Of a DNA stretch of 64,000 bases, positions 1 to 11,085 are shown piece by piece. A program made the position numbers and the translations under genes. Source of the DNA: Gnetum montanum (Eukaryota > Plantae > Gnetophyta); NCBI GenBank assembly GCA_015680685.1, contig MNCI01000651.1, positions 310,001-374,000 of the forward strand, read 5' to 3'. Each line of letters opens with the position of its first letter. Position 1 is the first letter of the stretch. The notes beneath the pieces were generated by a model. The model ran no database searches. It saw nothing but the letters and a program-made list of their open reading frames with translations, and was not told the DNA's origin.

Positions 1-944
1 CATTCTTGGGCAGTAGGAAAACCAATGAATTGAGTTGATTGTGGATGATAATGGTTTAATTGTGGCATTGTTTGTGGAAAAGCAGGTTGTTGGGCTAACA
101 TTTGTTATGGTGGGATGGTATTCGAGACTGAGACTACCGATGGGACCCATTGCCCAGCCACATGTTGTGAGGCAACACCTTAAACATGTTGGGTAGGAGT
201 AATCAATGGTGCCCTATGAATTTGCATCTGGGGTATGTAATGGATGGATGTGGAAGCTGGTATGACTGATGGTATTCCAATTACTTGAGGTTGGAGGATT
301 GACCCTGCGTTGGTTTGGGGGAGTTGTTGGGACTGCACTAGTGGAGGAATGATGGAAGTGCATGCATCAAAGTGAATGTTATTGAGCACGAAGAAGATAG
401 GGATGGAATGGGGAACAGGTGCTTGAATGTTTGTGAATGAAGAAGGAAACATAGTTTCTTCTAGGAAAGGATGGGATAATAGGTTTGTGTGGGCATGGGG
501 GCTAACAGTATGGTATGATTCTCCATGTTCAGATTGGGCTGCAAAGTCATCTTCTTCATCTTGAGGCTCTATGGGAGGTAGTTGTAAGGCTTGAATTTTA
601 GCCATAAGAAGTTGGGATATGAGTTTATGATGGTTTTCAGATAGTGGGATTATGTCAAAGGATGAAGGGATAAACTCACATCCTCCTTTATGTATGAATT
701 CATATTCTCACTTAGCTTCCCTCTCTATACGATCAATGGGTAGGTTGGCTTGGATCTTGACACAGATAAAATTATATTGTTCGGGTGTAAGAGTTGCGTG
801 AATAGGGCCTTTGCCTTGTAGCCTGAGGGATTGGCGTGTAGGGCCTTGAGGATTTATGTGTTTAGTAACGGTTATGAATTTTGTAGCAGTCACAAGGTTT
901 GAAGCAATTGGTAGTGTTACTGGGTTGACTTGGGAAAATTCCAT
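1..944 (-). pseudogene. gag: N-terminal Pro/Gln-rich extension of Gag of element A
   Basis: ORFs 708..1214 and 180..605 are in the same frame, separated by one TGA (likely CGA>TGA). EAK*EYEFIHKGGCEFIPSSFDIIPL aligns with E (EAKQEYELIHHNGEEYIPSPYDKIPL) and B (EAKMKFELIHWNVKEY). Confidence 0.75.
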
Positions 945-1109
945 GATAAATGTGAATGGACTGGGATAGACGAATGGAGTTGGATCGCAAGTAGTTGTAG
1001 CATGGGGTGACACAAGCTCAGTGTGATCAATAGGGATGAGGAGACTCAAATGAGCAAGGTGGATGAGTTTTGACAGGTAGTGAGGTTTTAACCAATAACA
1101 AGAAAGTGG

Positions 1110-1126
1110 CCCTCCTTCTAGCGCCA
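1110..1126 (-). promoter_or_regulatory. Primer binding site (tRNA-Asn) of element A
   Basis: Minus strand TGGCGCTAGAAGGAGGG is complementary to the plant tRNA-Asn 3' end (CCCUCCUUCUAGCGCCA), 5 nt from the LTR end. Confidence 0.88.
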
Positions 1127-1131
1127 AAAAC

Positions 1132-2906
1132 TGTACTGACCTAAATTGTCGGTGTGAGGCTGGAATGGAAATAGACATCGAAAGATTGTTGGGCAGCAAT
1201 AGCTGACCCTGCATTCGCTTGAGGGCAAGCTAGAAAATGGAATGAAGGTAGAGTGCCTTGGATGGTTTGCACACAAATCAACCAAGGACTTCCCCAAGCG
1301 TAAGCTACGGCTAGCGCTGGGGTTATCGTGAACGATGTAAACAGGATGTAAATGGAATGTAAACAGTGACACAAAAATGTCAACAGAATGTACTAAATTA
1401 TAAATACAACACAAACTGAGCTATATTGTAAACAAAGCATAAACCGAAGTAAATAATGTAAATAGGAGGCAATGACCTTTATTGTATTGTTTAATAAAAA
1501 TGTATGCACCGGTCGAAGTGTAGCTGCACGTGTGGATGGCAGGTCAAGCACTAAGCTCTGGGATGATGTCTGAAGTGATGATGCGATAATGTGATGTGAT
1601 GAACATGAGAAATGCTTGGATGCCAACAGTCAGATGTGCCGAGCGCCCAAGGATTGCCAGTTCTATAATTTCTTAGAATTGCCAATGTCTCTAATTTTTG
1701 CCTCCCGATTTATGTGAATTGATAGGGTATTTATAGGGTTGGGCCAGGCTCTGGCACAAAATTCTAGAATGGAATCAATGGCAGAGAGATGAGAGGAAAT
1801 TGGATCTAGCAACATGTATCCAATGGACAGTTGTGCTTGGGTTGGATGTGTGCTGGCGAGAGTTGGATGTGTGTCGGATAGTTGTGCACAAGTTGGATGT
1901 GTGTCGGCAAGCTACATTCTTGACCAGGTACATCGCTTTTTATAATTTATGGGTTATTCAAGCGCATGAAAGTACATTTAATTTAAACATGATGGCCTAA
2001 CGTGCCCACACATGTCGATTTACAATGAAATGTATAACAAGAGAAATTTGACCGCTGTTTGCGTGAAACTTCTTTGTTCCTGAGTCTTTCTAAAATTTTC
2101 TGGAATGTTCTAAAAGTTGCTGATGCTGATAATTATTTGCCATTTTCTGAAATATTTCTAAAATTTTTTGGAAGTTGATGAATAATGTTCACGTGATGAA
2201 TAGTATTTTACGTAGTGAATAGTGTTCACGCAATGAATAATGTTTACGCATCCTTACCCTCTGTAGCATAAGAAAATGTAGCTACAGCGTAATCAACTGA
2301 AAACACCTCTTTTAAGGCCCAAATTTTGATTTTCCAGAAGTTGCTGATGTTGAGGATCTTCTGCCATTTTCTAAAACTTTTCTGGAATTTTCTGAAACTT
2401 CGATGAATAGTATTCACACAGTGAATAGTGTTTTACGCAGTGAATAGTATTCATGTAGTGAATAGTGTTTTACGCTGATGAATAGTGATTACGCATCCTT
2501 ACACTCTGCAGCGTAAGAAAATGTAGCCGTAGTGTAATCAACCGAAAACACTTCATTTAAGGCCCGAATTTTGATTTTCTGAAGGCTGGGAACCACTGGG
2601 GATCTTGGTGAAGGTCATGGGGGGTCCTTGTGCTTGATTTTGGCCTATTTTGACTCAGTTTCGGGGGCCCAAAACATTCATGACACTAATCCTTACGCTA
2701 TGCAGTGTAAACACAACACGAGCACATTGTACTTAGCTAAAATTGCACTTTTTGACCTTAAAATGCATGATTCTTGATACCGAGACTTGCCGTCATGATT
2801 TGTGGACATCAAGGGGACCTTGCTTGCTCCATGGTGGGCTGCTTGAAGCCATTTTAGAGGCTCTGAAGTTGTTTGGAAGTGTTGCCAAAATTTTTGTGGT
2901 GTTTCA
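1132..2906 (-). repeat. 5' LTR of element A (~1.78 kb)
   Basis: Plus strand starts tgtactgac right after the PBS and ends gtggtgtttca. Confidence 0.85.
2114..2584. repeat. Two ~225-245 bp tandem units in LTR A, each with a ~19-20 bp minisatellite (tgaatagtgttcacgcag-like)
   Basis: agttgctgatg...aaggccc.aattttgattttc occurs twice, with repeated tgaatagt units inside. Confidence 0.9.
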
Positions 2907-4926
2907 GTAAATGTTTGGCTTTACATGCATAGACCTTGCTTACTTAGTTAACCACAAGGTGTCAATCACCTTTGATCATTAAGCATCTAATTCCTAAGTC
3001 ACAAGCTCCCATCATCCCTCTGATCAAACCCTCATACTTCACTATGTTATTTATGCATGGAAATGTAAGACAATAGGTGAAGGGTTGGATTTCACTAGAT
3101 GGAAATCTTATGATGGCAATGACATTGATCCCATGGGTAATTAAACTTTCATCAATGTGCATGACTACCTCATAACCCTTGGTCACTTGCCTAATGGTGT
3201 TAATGTGCTCATCAGGGAACTTAGGATCTATGGTTGCTCAATCATTAATATGTAATAACATGAGTTGTATGGCTATAGCTTGGCCTTTTTTTGAGGATTG
3301 AGAGATGCAATAAAGGTCAAACTCTATGGTTATGGCTTTTAATTGGGCTATGTGGCTACTTTTGTAGATGCTAATCCATATGGCTCTAAGCATGTTATCT
3401 TTGCAAATGATGTTGGCTTGGCTTCTTAAGAGGTAATGTCTCCACCTCTTCAATGAGAAGACTAGTGCTAGACAATACTTCACTTCTATGTATTGGGTCT
3501 CATGAGTAACTAATGCATGGCTAAGGTAGCGTATAGGTATCTCTACTTCATCCTCATGTTTTTGATAGAGTAGAGATGCAACAGATGTATTAGAGATAGT
3601 AAGGTAGATGTAAAATGATTTACCCTCTTGTAGAGGATAGACTATTTGTAGTTGTACCAACTCTTGCTTAATATTTTCAAAGGTCTCTTGGCATTGAGGC
3701 ATTCACACATAGGAAACCCCTTTCTTAAGCAAGTGTTCCATCAACTATAACTTATCCATAAGCCTAGCAATAAATCTACAAATAAACTATAATCTACCTT
3801 GTAATCCCCAAAGCCTCTTAAGGTTGGTAGGGGTTTCTAATTTGGATATGGCCTTAACTTTATCAAGATTTACAAGTATCCCTACTTTAGATACTACAAA
3901 GCTAAGAATCTTACCAATCCTGATACCAAAAATGCATTTCTTAGGATTGAGCCTAAGCTCATACTTGATGAGCTATTTAAGCATAATATCTAGGTCATTA
4001 GCATGATCATTGGTCATTTTGGACTTAACAACTATATCATCCACATAATTGTTGAGCAAACCTAGCATGTAATTACTAAATATATAGGTCATGGCCCATT
4101 GATAAGTTTCTTTTGCATTCTTAAGGCCAAAGGGCATCGTAGTATGGAAAAAGATACCCCAAGGGGTCTTGAAGATATAGCTAAGTTGGTGCTTTGGGTT
4201 GATCCTAATCTGGTTGTATCCCTAGAATCCATCCATAGAGGACAATAAGGCATGCTTGGTTGTAGAATAAGTTGATCAATATTAGGCAAAGGGAAGTCAT
4301 CCTTGATAATCAATTTATTTAGATGTTAGAAATCCATGCAAATATGGATACCACTATTTTGGATATTCATTCTACGTAGTCAACAACCCTAACGAAACCA
4401 TATTGGTAGAGCTTTGAGATCTCATCATGAACTACCAAGACCAATTTAGGTTGAATTTTATACACTTTTTGCTTAACTACCCTAATGATAGGTTCTAGTA
4501 TGATGTTGTGTTAGACTAAACATGGGTCTATACTTGGCATATCTTCATATGACTAGGCAAAGGTCTTAATATTGCCTTGTAGGACCTTGGTGATGTCTTG
4601 AGATTTTTGAGTTTCCAGTGAGAAACTTAGTTTAAGGGTTTGTTCCTTACCACTATGTGTTATGATAGGAACCTCAACTAGAAAGCCTTCATTTATGTTG
4701 CTCACCTCTAAGACAAGGGTTTTGACTAGGTATTCAAGCATTCTAAAGGTTTCTCTATCAAGGCTACGTGGTCAATCATATTCTTAAGCTAAAGATCTAG
4801 GAAATCAAGGTTAATATACTATTCTACATTGTTGTGAAGTCCACATATGCTCAAAGGTAAATTGATTTGCATCTAGGTACTCATACTTTAGTCCTACATG
4901 TCAACCACAAGCATATTAAGTGTCAC
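2907..4926 (-). pseudogene. pol: Degenerate pol: reverse transcriptase, RNase H and additional archaeal-type RNase H (Tat lineage)
   Basis: RT motifs: FA(W)SYEDMPSIDP, KDDFPLPNIDQL, MPFGLKNA, YVDDIVVKS, LNPKKCIFG. RH: PIRYLSHAL...YCLALVFSLKRWRHYLL. aRH: FPCINNIVKYEGLIRG...LGIRCLMIKGD. Many stops and frameshifts. Confidence 0.93.
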
Positions 4927-5269
4927 CTAAGTAAAGATGAACAAATAATGGTAAAATTCTCTAAAATTATTTAGATAAATGCTATTATAATTCAAGAAAT
5001 CTCATTAAGGTTATTGTTTATGCATAAATTTTGGATACATCAACACTCAAAAAAACTCATTTAGGAAGACTATTACCTAGAGTGCCTCTCATATGGGTAT
5101 GAAAACCTAGGAATATTCTCAACTAGAAAGGGTAATGTAGCATTCCAAAAGGTAAATCAAATTGGAAAATTGGAAAAATTTAACTTAAATAACTATCTTA
5201 AATTTTAAGGCTTGATGAGAAAATAGTAAAATAACTAGTAAATGTAAATTTTAAAATTCTCCCTAGTCT

Positions 5270-6035
5270 CCTATTACTACTGCTCACTACTACTACCTGC
5301 TACTTACTCTCATTCAAAATGAGAGTGACTCCTCTTCTTCAAACCCTCACCACATGGGGAAGAGAGGAAGGCAACACAAAGAGAGGAAGAGAGATGTTCT
5401 ATCTCTGATCGCTACTATTTCTTGCTACTATCACTCATCAAAGCTTCTCTTCATTGATCACTATCACTGCTACCACTACTTCTGCTGTTGTCACTACTAC
5501 CACTACTTCTGCTATTGTCACTACTACCACTACTGCCACTATTGCCACTACTTCCAACTATTATTATTTCCAGCATTTTTTGGCTCATGCTACCCACTAG
5601 TTGCTGGCTACTAGCTCACACCACCCACCATTGCCGCTATGCATGTCTTCATTCGCATTGCATGCCACCTACCACTTACTGACATTGCTTGCTACCTCTT
5701 GCCATTACACTTGTGCATTACTATTCATTACTATCTCATGTCAATATTTTCCATTGCCATTCATCACCATTGTTCATGCTACATGCCATCACTATTCATG
5801 CTCATTGGCATCCATTGTTGCTCACCACTCACAAGTGCTACCGCCATTGATGCCACCTACATCTACTGACATTGGAAGAGAGGGAGGCCTAGAGATCCTC
5901 TTTTTGCATTCTGTTGTCGTTGATCCTTTTATGAAAGCTCCCATTCGATGTCCTTAGTTGTCCATATTTGCCACTACCATGTCACCACTACCCTATGTTG
6001 CCACTACCTCATGTCTACCACTACCCCACATGTAG
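5270..6035. repeat. Low-complexity decayed trinucleotide-like (CAC/TAC/TGC) region inside the LTR; second copy at ~11340-12040
   Basis: Runs of cactactac/ccactgcc; these generate the spurious His/Cys/Tyr- and Leu/Pro-rich ORFs. Confidence 0.75.
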
Positions 6036-6054
6036 ACCTATTTTTATTTTTTTT

Positions 6055-6885
6055 TGAGTAGTCAATGTCACATTGCTACAACATGGGGCTAGTGTTATTA
6101 GGTAGAAATTGATTGGTATGTAGCCAAAGTAGTAATAAAAAGGAGGACAAAAAAATGGACAACATGATCATAATCATGGGCATCTAATTATGCCTTCCCA
6201 TGGGCTCTTTTAGAAATGGATACAGATGCAGAACCACCCACATGGCAAGGAAAACCTTGTCAAATAGAAGATCCCATGACTGGTAATTGTTATTTATAGC
6301 ATCAGAAATTCCTACAACTAGAGCCATCAAATTTATTATCACCAATGTTGTTAGAAAAATTAGTAGAGTAATCCACTTAAATAAATACAACTTTGCAAAT
6401 TCATCTTCATTGTCTACTGTAGGTTTGGCTATAATTATGAAATTGGTATCCACTATGCCTAAAACTTTCAACAAATCCTACACCACTATGAATAAGTGAG
6501 CTAAGACTCTAACAATGACCTAGAACTATTCATTCCTCTAGAATTTCAACATGGAAACCTTGCTCTAGTGCAACTTTATAATGGAAGTTGAGATGATTGC
6601 GAGAAACATGCATAGAAACTAGATGTTAGCAATTCCTATCAATGTGGGTGTTATGAATTTTCCAATGAGTAGGATCACAACCAGGTGTATGCAATAGGCT
6701 AGCAGAGGAATGGAGATAAAAGGCTAGATTGCTATGTTTATGTATGCCATGCATTGCAGGAGTTTAAGTTTGGAGAGGTTATTATTTTTGGTGTTTGTGC
6801 TAGATCCTAATACCTAGGAATACCATAGTGGGTAATGGTAGCTGATGAAGATCTCTATGGAGCCCAAAGCCCTGTGAAGGACTAT
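6055..6885 (-). pseudogene. CesA: Captured cellulose synthase (CesA) C-terminal fragment, copy 1 (QxxRW region to C-terminus)
   Basis: Translation VLHRALGSIEIF..PLWY..KLKLLQCMAYIN..PFISIPLLAYC..GKFITPTL..RNE*F*VI..LLKVLGIVDTNF..LYLFKWIT..SDAINNNYQSWDLLFDKVF..LHLYPFLK..QCDIDY. 831 nt, one frame, with in-frame stops. Confidence 0.95.
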
Positions 6886-8075
6886 TGAAAAGCCTTTTAT
6901 TGTATTCTTAGGTTGAATTTTATTCCCTCACTAAGCCTCACCTTTCAAACATTTCTTCAATTTCTACATGTTGAACATATTTGAAGTTGGAATAAGACCC
7001 CATCTACTATGTAACCAATCTTAATTTATGTTACTTTTATATTTTAATGAAAGCTTAAAGAAATAATAAAATATGAAAAAAAAACTTTGACTAATTAAAT
7101 TTAATGTTTGCTAGCAAGGAATTTTTCTACTTCTCCCTACTCAATTTAGGATATCAAACAACTGAAATTACAGAGAATTTCATGCAAGACTATATTGATG
7201 GATGACAATAATTTAAAGGTTGCATGATACCTCTCATTGAAAGCATGCCTATTCAAATCATGAAATTGTACCCTAGTGATTAGACTAATAAGTTATGGCC
7301 CTGTGCTTAGCATGGGTGATGTTGGCATCAACACTTAGCTCCCAAACATTAAATTNGCTTATCTTAGATCATAGCTAGCCACAAATTTCAAATTTTTTCT
7401 TAGGACTCTTTTTTATTTTGAATTTTGGAAAAATAGGTTTAAAAGGGAAATGGAGGGTAGGGTGAGGATTATTATTAGACCCCATCATACTCAAGAACTT
7501 ATTATACTATCAATGAAAATGATCCTCATTCTTTTTCTTTTGTCTCTCTTTTTTTTTTCTTTTTGAGGAAAATTTGCTTATGGTGTACTTCATTCTTAAG
7601 GCAGGAATTCCAACATGAGTCTAGCTAGTTAGCTTCACTACCAAAGAACATGATCCTTTTGGAAATTTTCCCATAATATAGTTCAGCCCTCCTATATGTG
7701 CCTTTAATTACAATCTAGATGACATCATAGTAGGTATTCTGGGTGGCTAAGGGTTCTTAAGTAGAGATGAACACACTTCACCCTATTGCTCACAAGATAG
7801 CCATGGATCATCACACTTGAAGGCTAGGGCTTATGAGATGAATCCCAAGCATTATGTCTAAAAGGGGAATCTAAAGTGGTGTCCTTTTGAGCTAATAAAT
7901 CAAGAACATAATTTTCTTCTCTAAGAATATGTTCAATGGATATGTCATCAAAATCTAGCCCACCTTCTAATGTTTTAATGGTTAGGATCTCAATTATATC
8001 TTTTTCCTCCACTGATGGTGGTAGATCATCCAAAAGGAATTTTTTTTCATCATGTTTATGATAAGACAATATATC

Positions 8076-10221
8076 TTAATATATTTCTTTACATTTACTA
8101 GAAGCAAAAGTATTTACTTTTGAAAATTCATTCTCATTGTCATTTATAACATGTTTTCCAAGCCCAACTTCAATAACTCCAATATAAAGATTAGTATTTT
8201 GATCTTCCAAAGATTGATTTTGTTGATCAAAATTTGTTACCACTTGTTTATAGAAAGGATTTCTTGGTATGACCATATATTTAGATTTTTCTTTAATAGG
8301 AATTAATAATTCTAAGAAATATAACCTAAGGAAGCCTCCAAACTTGGCTCCAAAAGTCCTAAATAAGAGCACACCTATAGTGGGTGACATATCAACTACT
8401 AAAATATCTATATAGCATGTAAAAGTAGGGTATTATTTAGGTAATAATTTTACTTCCTTTAATGAACCTACCATAGGTACATTAGATCCATCAGGTTGTA
8501 TCACACTTCTTACTTGTGGTAGCATCCATGCTCCTGATGTTTTACATACCTCAAGTGGCATGACACTAATAGTTGTGAAACAATCCATCAAAAAATTGTG
8601 AACATTCTAGACCAAAGTTTTCATGAAAGGAGGTTAATCTTTCTTTTTTGACATGGAACTGTTTTTGTTTTGTATTGATAATGCATTAGGACTTTTTGCA
8701 AAATGAACTTGCCTTTTGGTTGTTGGAGATTTTTCTTTATTAGTTTCATATGTATGAACTATCTTTTGAATCACATCTTTCATTTGATTAAAATGTAGAA
8801 GATCATACATTGAAATTTTGGCTTTAACTATTTTCAAATCCTCAACTAGATCATAAGTCTTATTTTCATCTTTGGCTTTTTGTTGAGCTGGAGGTCTCCT
8901 AACTATAGAAGGGGTGTTTGCTTTGGATGGTCTGGTTTGATTATTTGTGTTATTTTAACTAGGAGCTCTTCTATTTGGAGGAGTATATTATTTCTAATTT
9001 ATTGTTGTGTGGTGTTCATAATGTCAGTAAGCTTATGGTAGCAAGTGTTATGTGGGTTGGGATCACTTACCATAACTTGTTCCAATGAGGAAACTTCTTC
9101 ATTTTTGTTTCATGAGGTATGTTCAAGACCATATTTAGGGTTTTCTCATTTTGTTACCCTTGGGCATTGTCACCATATAATACTAAAAATTTAGAACAAG
9201 TTTTTTCAAAATGTTTCCTAGTGTTACGAAGAAGACAATAATCATCATTAGTTAATGTGCTCAATTTTTTGGATTGTATAGGAATGTTATTGTTATTTTG
9301 CTTCAATTCAACTACTTCATTGGAAATCTTTTGAAGTGAAGTTAATATTTGTGTCATTTGGTTTTTTTTTTTGACAAGTGGATGCATTAGGATTAGATAT
9401 TCCATTTGGATTTATGATGGATTGGATAAAGGCTTTGGATTGATTGTCACTTAAACTAGTATTTGGTGGTAAAAATGAAGAGGACATGAGGCCTTGAAAA
9501 TAGTTGTTTGTAGATTGAGCCATTTGAAGGGGAGTGGGAGTTTGGAATAAAGTATTATTCATTGAAAAAACTTGTTGTGGTAAAGGGGTAAACTACATAG
9601 GATTTCTAACATTCATCATCAATAATTGAGTTTGAATGCTATTCATCAAGGTAATTTATTCCAACTTAATAACTCCAGCCATTACTTCTTGTATTTCCAT
9701 TATGTTGGGATCAAAGTTAATGGCATAGGGAAAGAATGGGTCAATGATAGAGAGGTAAATATTGAGGATACCATCAGGTTGCAAATGCATTTCATTTAGT
9801 ACATAAGCAAGTTGATGAAGGAATCTTAAGTTGTAATCACAGACATTTTTCCTAGTGTTTTTATTAGGGTTTTAAAATTGCTTGATGCTAAGGAAAGGCT
9901 AGTAAACTTATTGAATTAAAGTAGGAACTTATTTTTAAACTCTTTCCATCAGTTGATAGAGGCATTATGGAGCATAAAAAACCATTGGATGGCTTTGCTC
10001 CTGAAAGTTGTCACAAATACCCTACATGCTATATCATTTTGGACAATGTTATGGATGCCTAATAAGCTTTCAAAACATTATATATGTTGGCAGGCATCAC
10101 TAGCAAGGGTTGTGGGATCCAAGAATAAATTTATGTTTTGAAGTGATTTTTGAATATTGTGATAGTTGGTGAAGTTAAAAAGGTTGCTCACCAAGGGGGT
10201 TAGGGGTTGATTAGTTTCCAT
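8076..10221 (-). pseudogene. gag: Degenerate gag + aspartic protease of the CesA-carrying element
   Basis: Retrotrans_gag-like DIACRVFVTTFRSKAIQWF..ASIN*WKEF. Cys/His knuckle remnant at ~9190-9240. Retropepsin-like LMDCFTTISVMPLEVCK...ILVVDMSPTIGVLL. Confidence 0.8.
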
Positions 10222-11062
10222 CCTAGTTTGGGTTATTTTAGGGATAGAACTTGGAAATCATGAAGCTCATTCTTTTCTTAAAGTGAAATGACAAGTAGGG
10301 GCAAGAGTAGAAGCTATTTGTTGAGATTTATTATAGGACTATTCACTCATAAAATAAAAAATAATAGGAAATGTAAAATGTTAATAAACTATAAAATTAA
10401 AGAAAACAGAAAAATATTTAAATATTATTACTTTTTTAAAAAAAAATACTAAAATTGCTATATATAAACCTTGAAAGAAAAACAAAAAATGAAAAAGTTT
10501 TAGAAAAGTAAATTTAAAATTGGATAACATAATTAATGAAAATCACTTTACCAAAGTTAGAACTAAGGTAAGGACAACCAAAATTAGAACTAGGAAAAGA
10601 AGGTTTAGGATTCTGGAAATAAAACAAAAATAGAGCAATAAAACTAAAAATAGATTATCATTAACTAGAACTAATATTAGAGAAAGGCTAATAAAGGTTT
10701 GAGTAACTAAAACTAGAAAATAAAAGTTTTTAAGAACCAAAAAATAGAAATTTTTAAGTAGCAGAAACTAAATTTTAGAAATAGTAACTGGAAAATAAAT
10801 GACTATCATCAAGATAGGAAACAAAAATGGATAATAAAGGTTTAAGGTAACTAAAAAAAACTAAATAGGAAATTAAAAGTTCAAAATAACTAAAATAGAA
10901 AAAAAAATATTTATAAATGTTAAAGTAGATGGCCATAAACAGAAACTAAAAATAGATAATTAAGAATGGAAAAATGAAATTTTCAAAAAATGGAACCACA
11001 AACCTTTTAGAAATAGAAAAAGCTAATATTTCATAAAATGAAAAACAAAGGATAAAAAATAG

Positions 11063-11079
11063 CCCTCCTTCTAGTGCCA
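11063..11079 (-). promoter_or_regulatory. PBS (tRNA-Asn, one transition)
   Basis: TGGCACTAGAAGGAGGG on the minus strand, next to the LTR. Confidence 0.88.
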
Positions 11080-11085
11080 AAAAGG

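Larger units (their letters stand above)
1..2906 (-). mobile_element. Element A: 5' part (LTR, PBS, gag N-terminal region) of a relatively young Ty3/Gypsy Tat-type LTR retrotransposon, inserted into the aRH domain of element B
   Basis: TG...CA LTR at 1132-2906 begins TGAAACACCA on the minus strand, like the LTRs of B and C. A PBS is adjacent. The ORF is homologous to the pre-gag region of B and E. B's aRH frame resumes at 2907. CpG is retained, unlike the rest of the window. Confidence 0.88.
5015..7333 (-). repeat. 3' LTR of the CesA-carrying element
   Basis: Colinear with 11086-13343; 40 mismatches in a hand-aligned 200-nt block (~80% identity), mostly transitions. Confidence 0.93.

Noticed and set aside
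1110-1126. tRNA gene
   Set aside because: Only the 17-nt match to the tRNA 3' end is present; it is a PBS.
5354-5957. His/Cys/Tyr-rich and Leu/Pro-rich ORFs (also 11388-11911)
   Set aside because: They arise from low-complexity trinucleotide-like LTR sequence, and the frames are not conserved between the two LTRs.
6940-6995. FNM..IEE resemblance to the CesA class-specific region end
   Set aside because: It needs a frameshift in both copies, another frame is open in both, and the match is too short to support.
10543-10740. Hydrophobic membrane-protein-like ORF
   Set aside because: It is a by-product of the U-rich leader composition, and there is no homolog elsewhere in the window.
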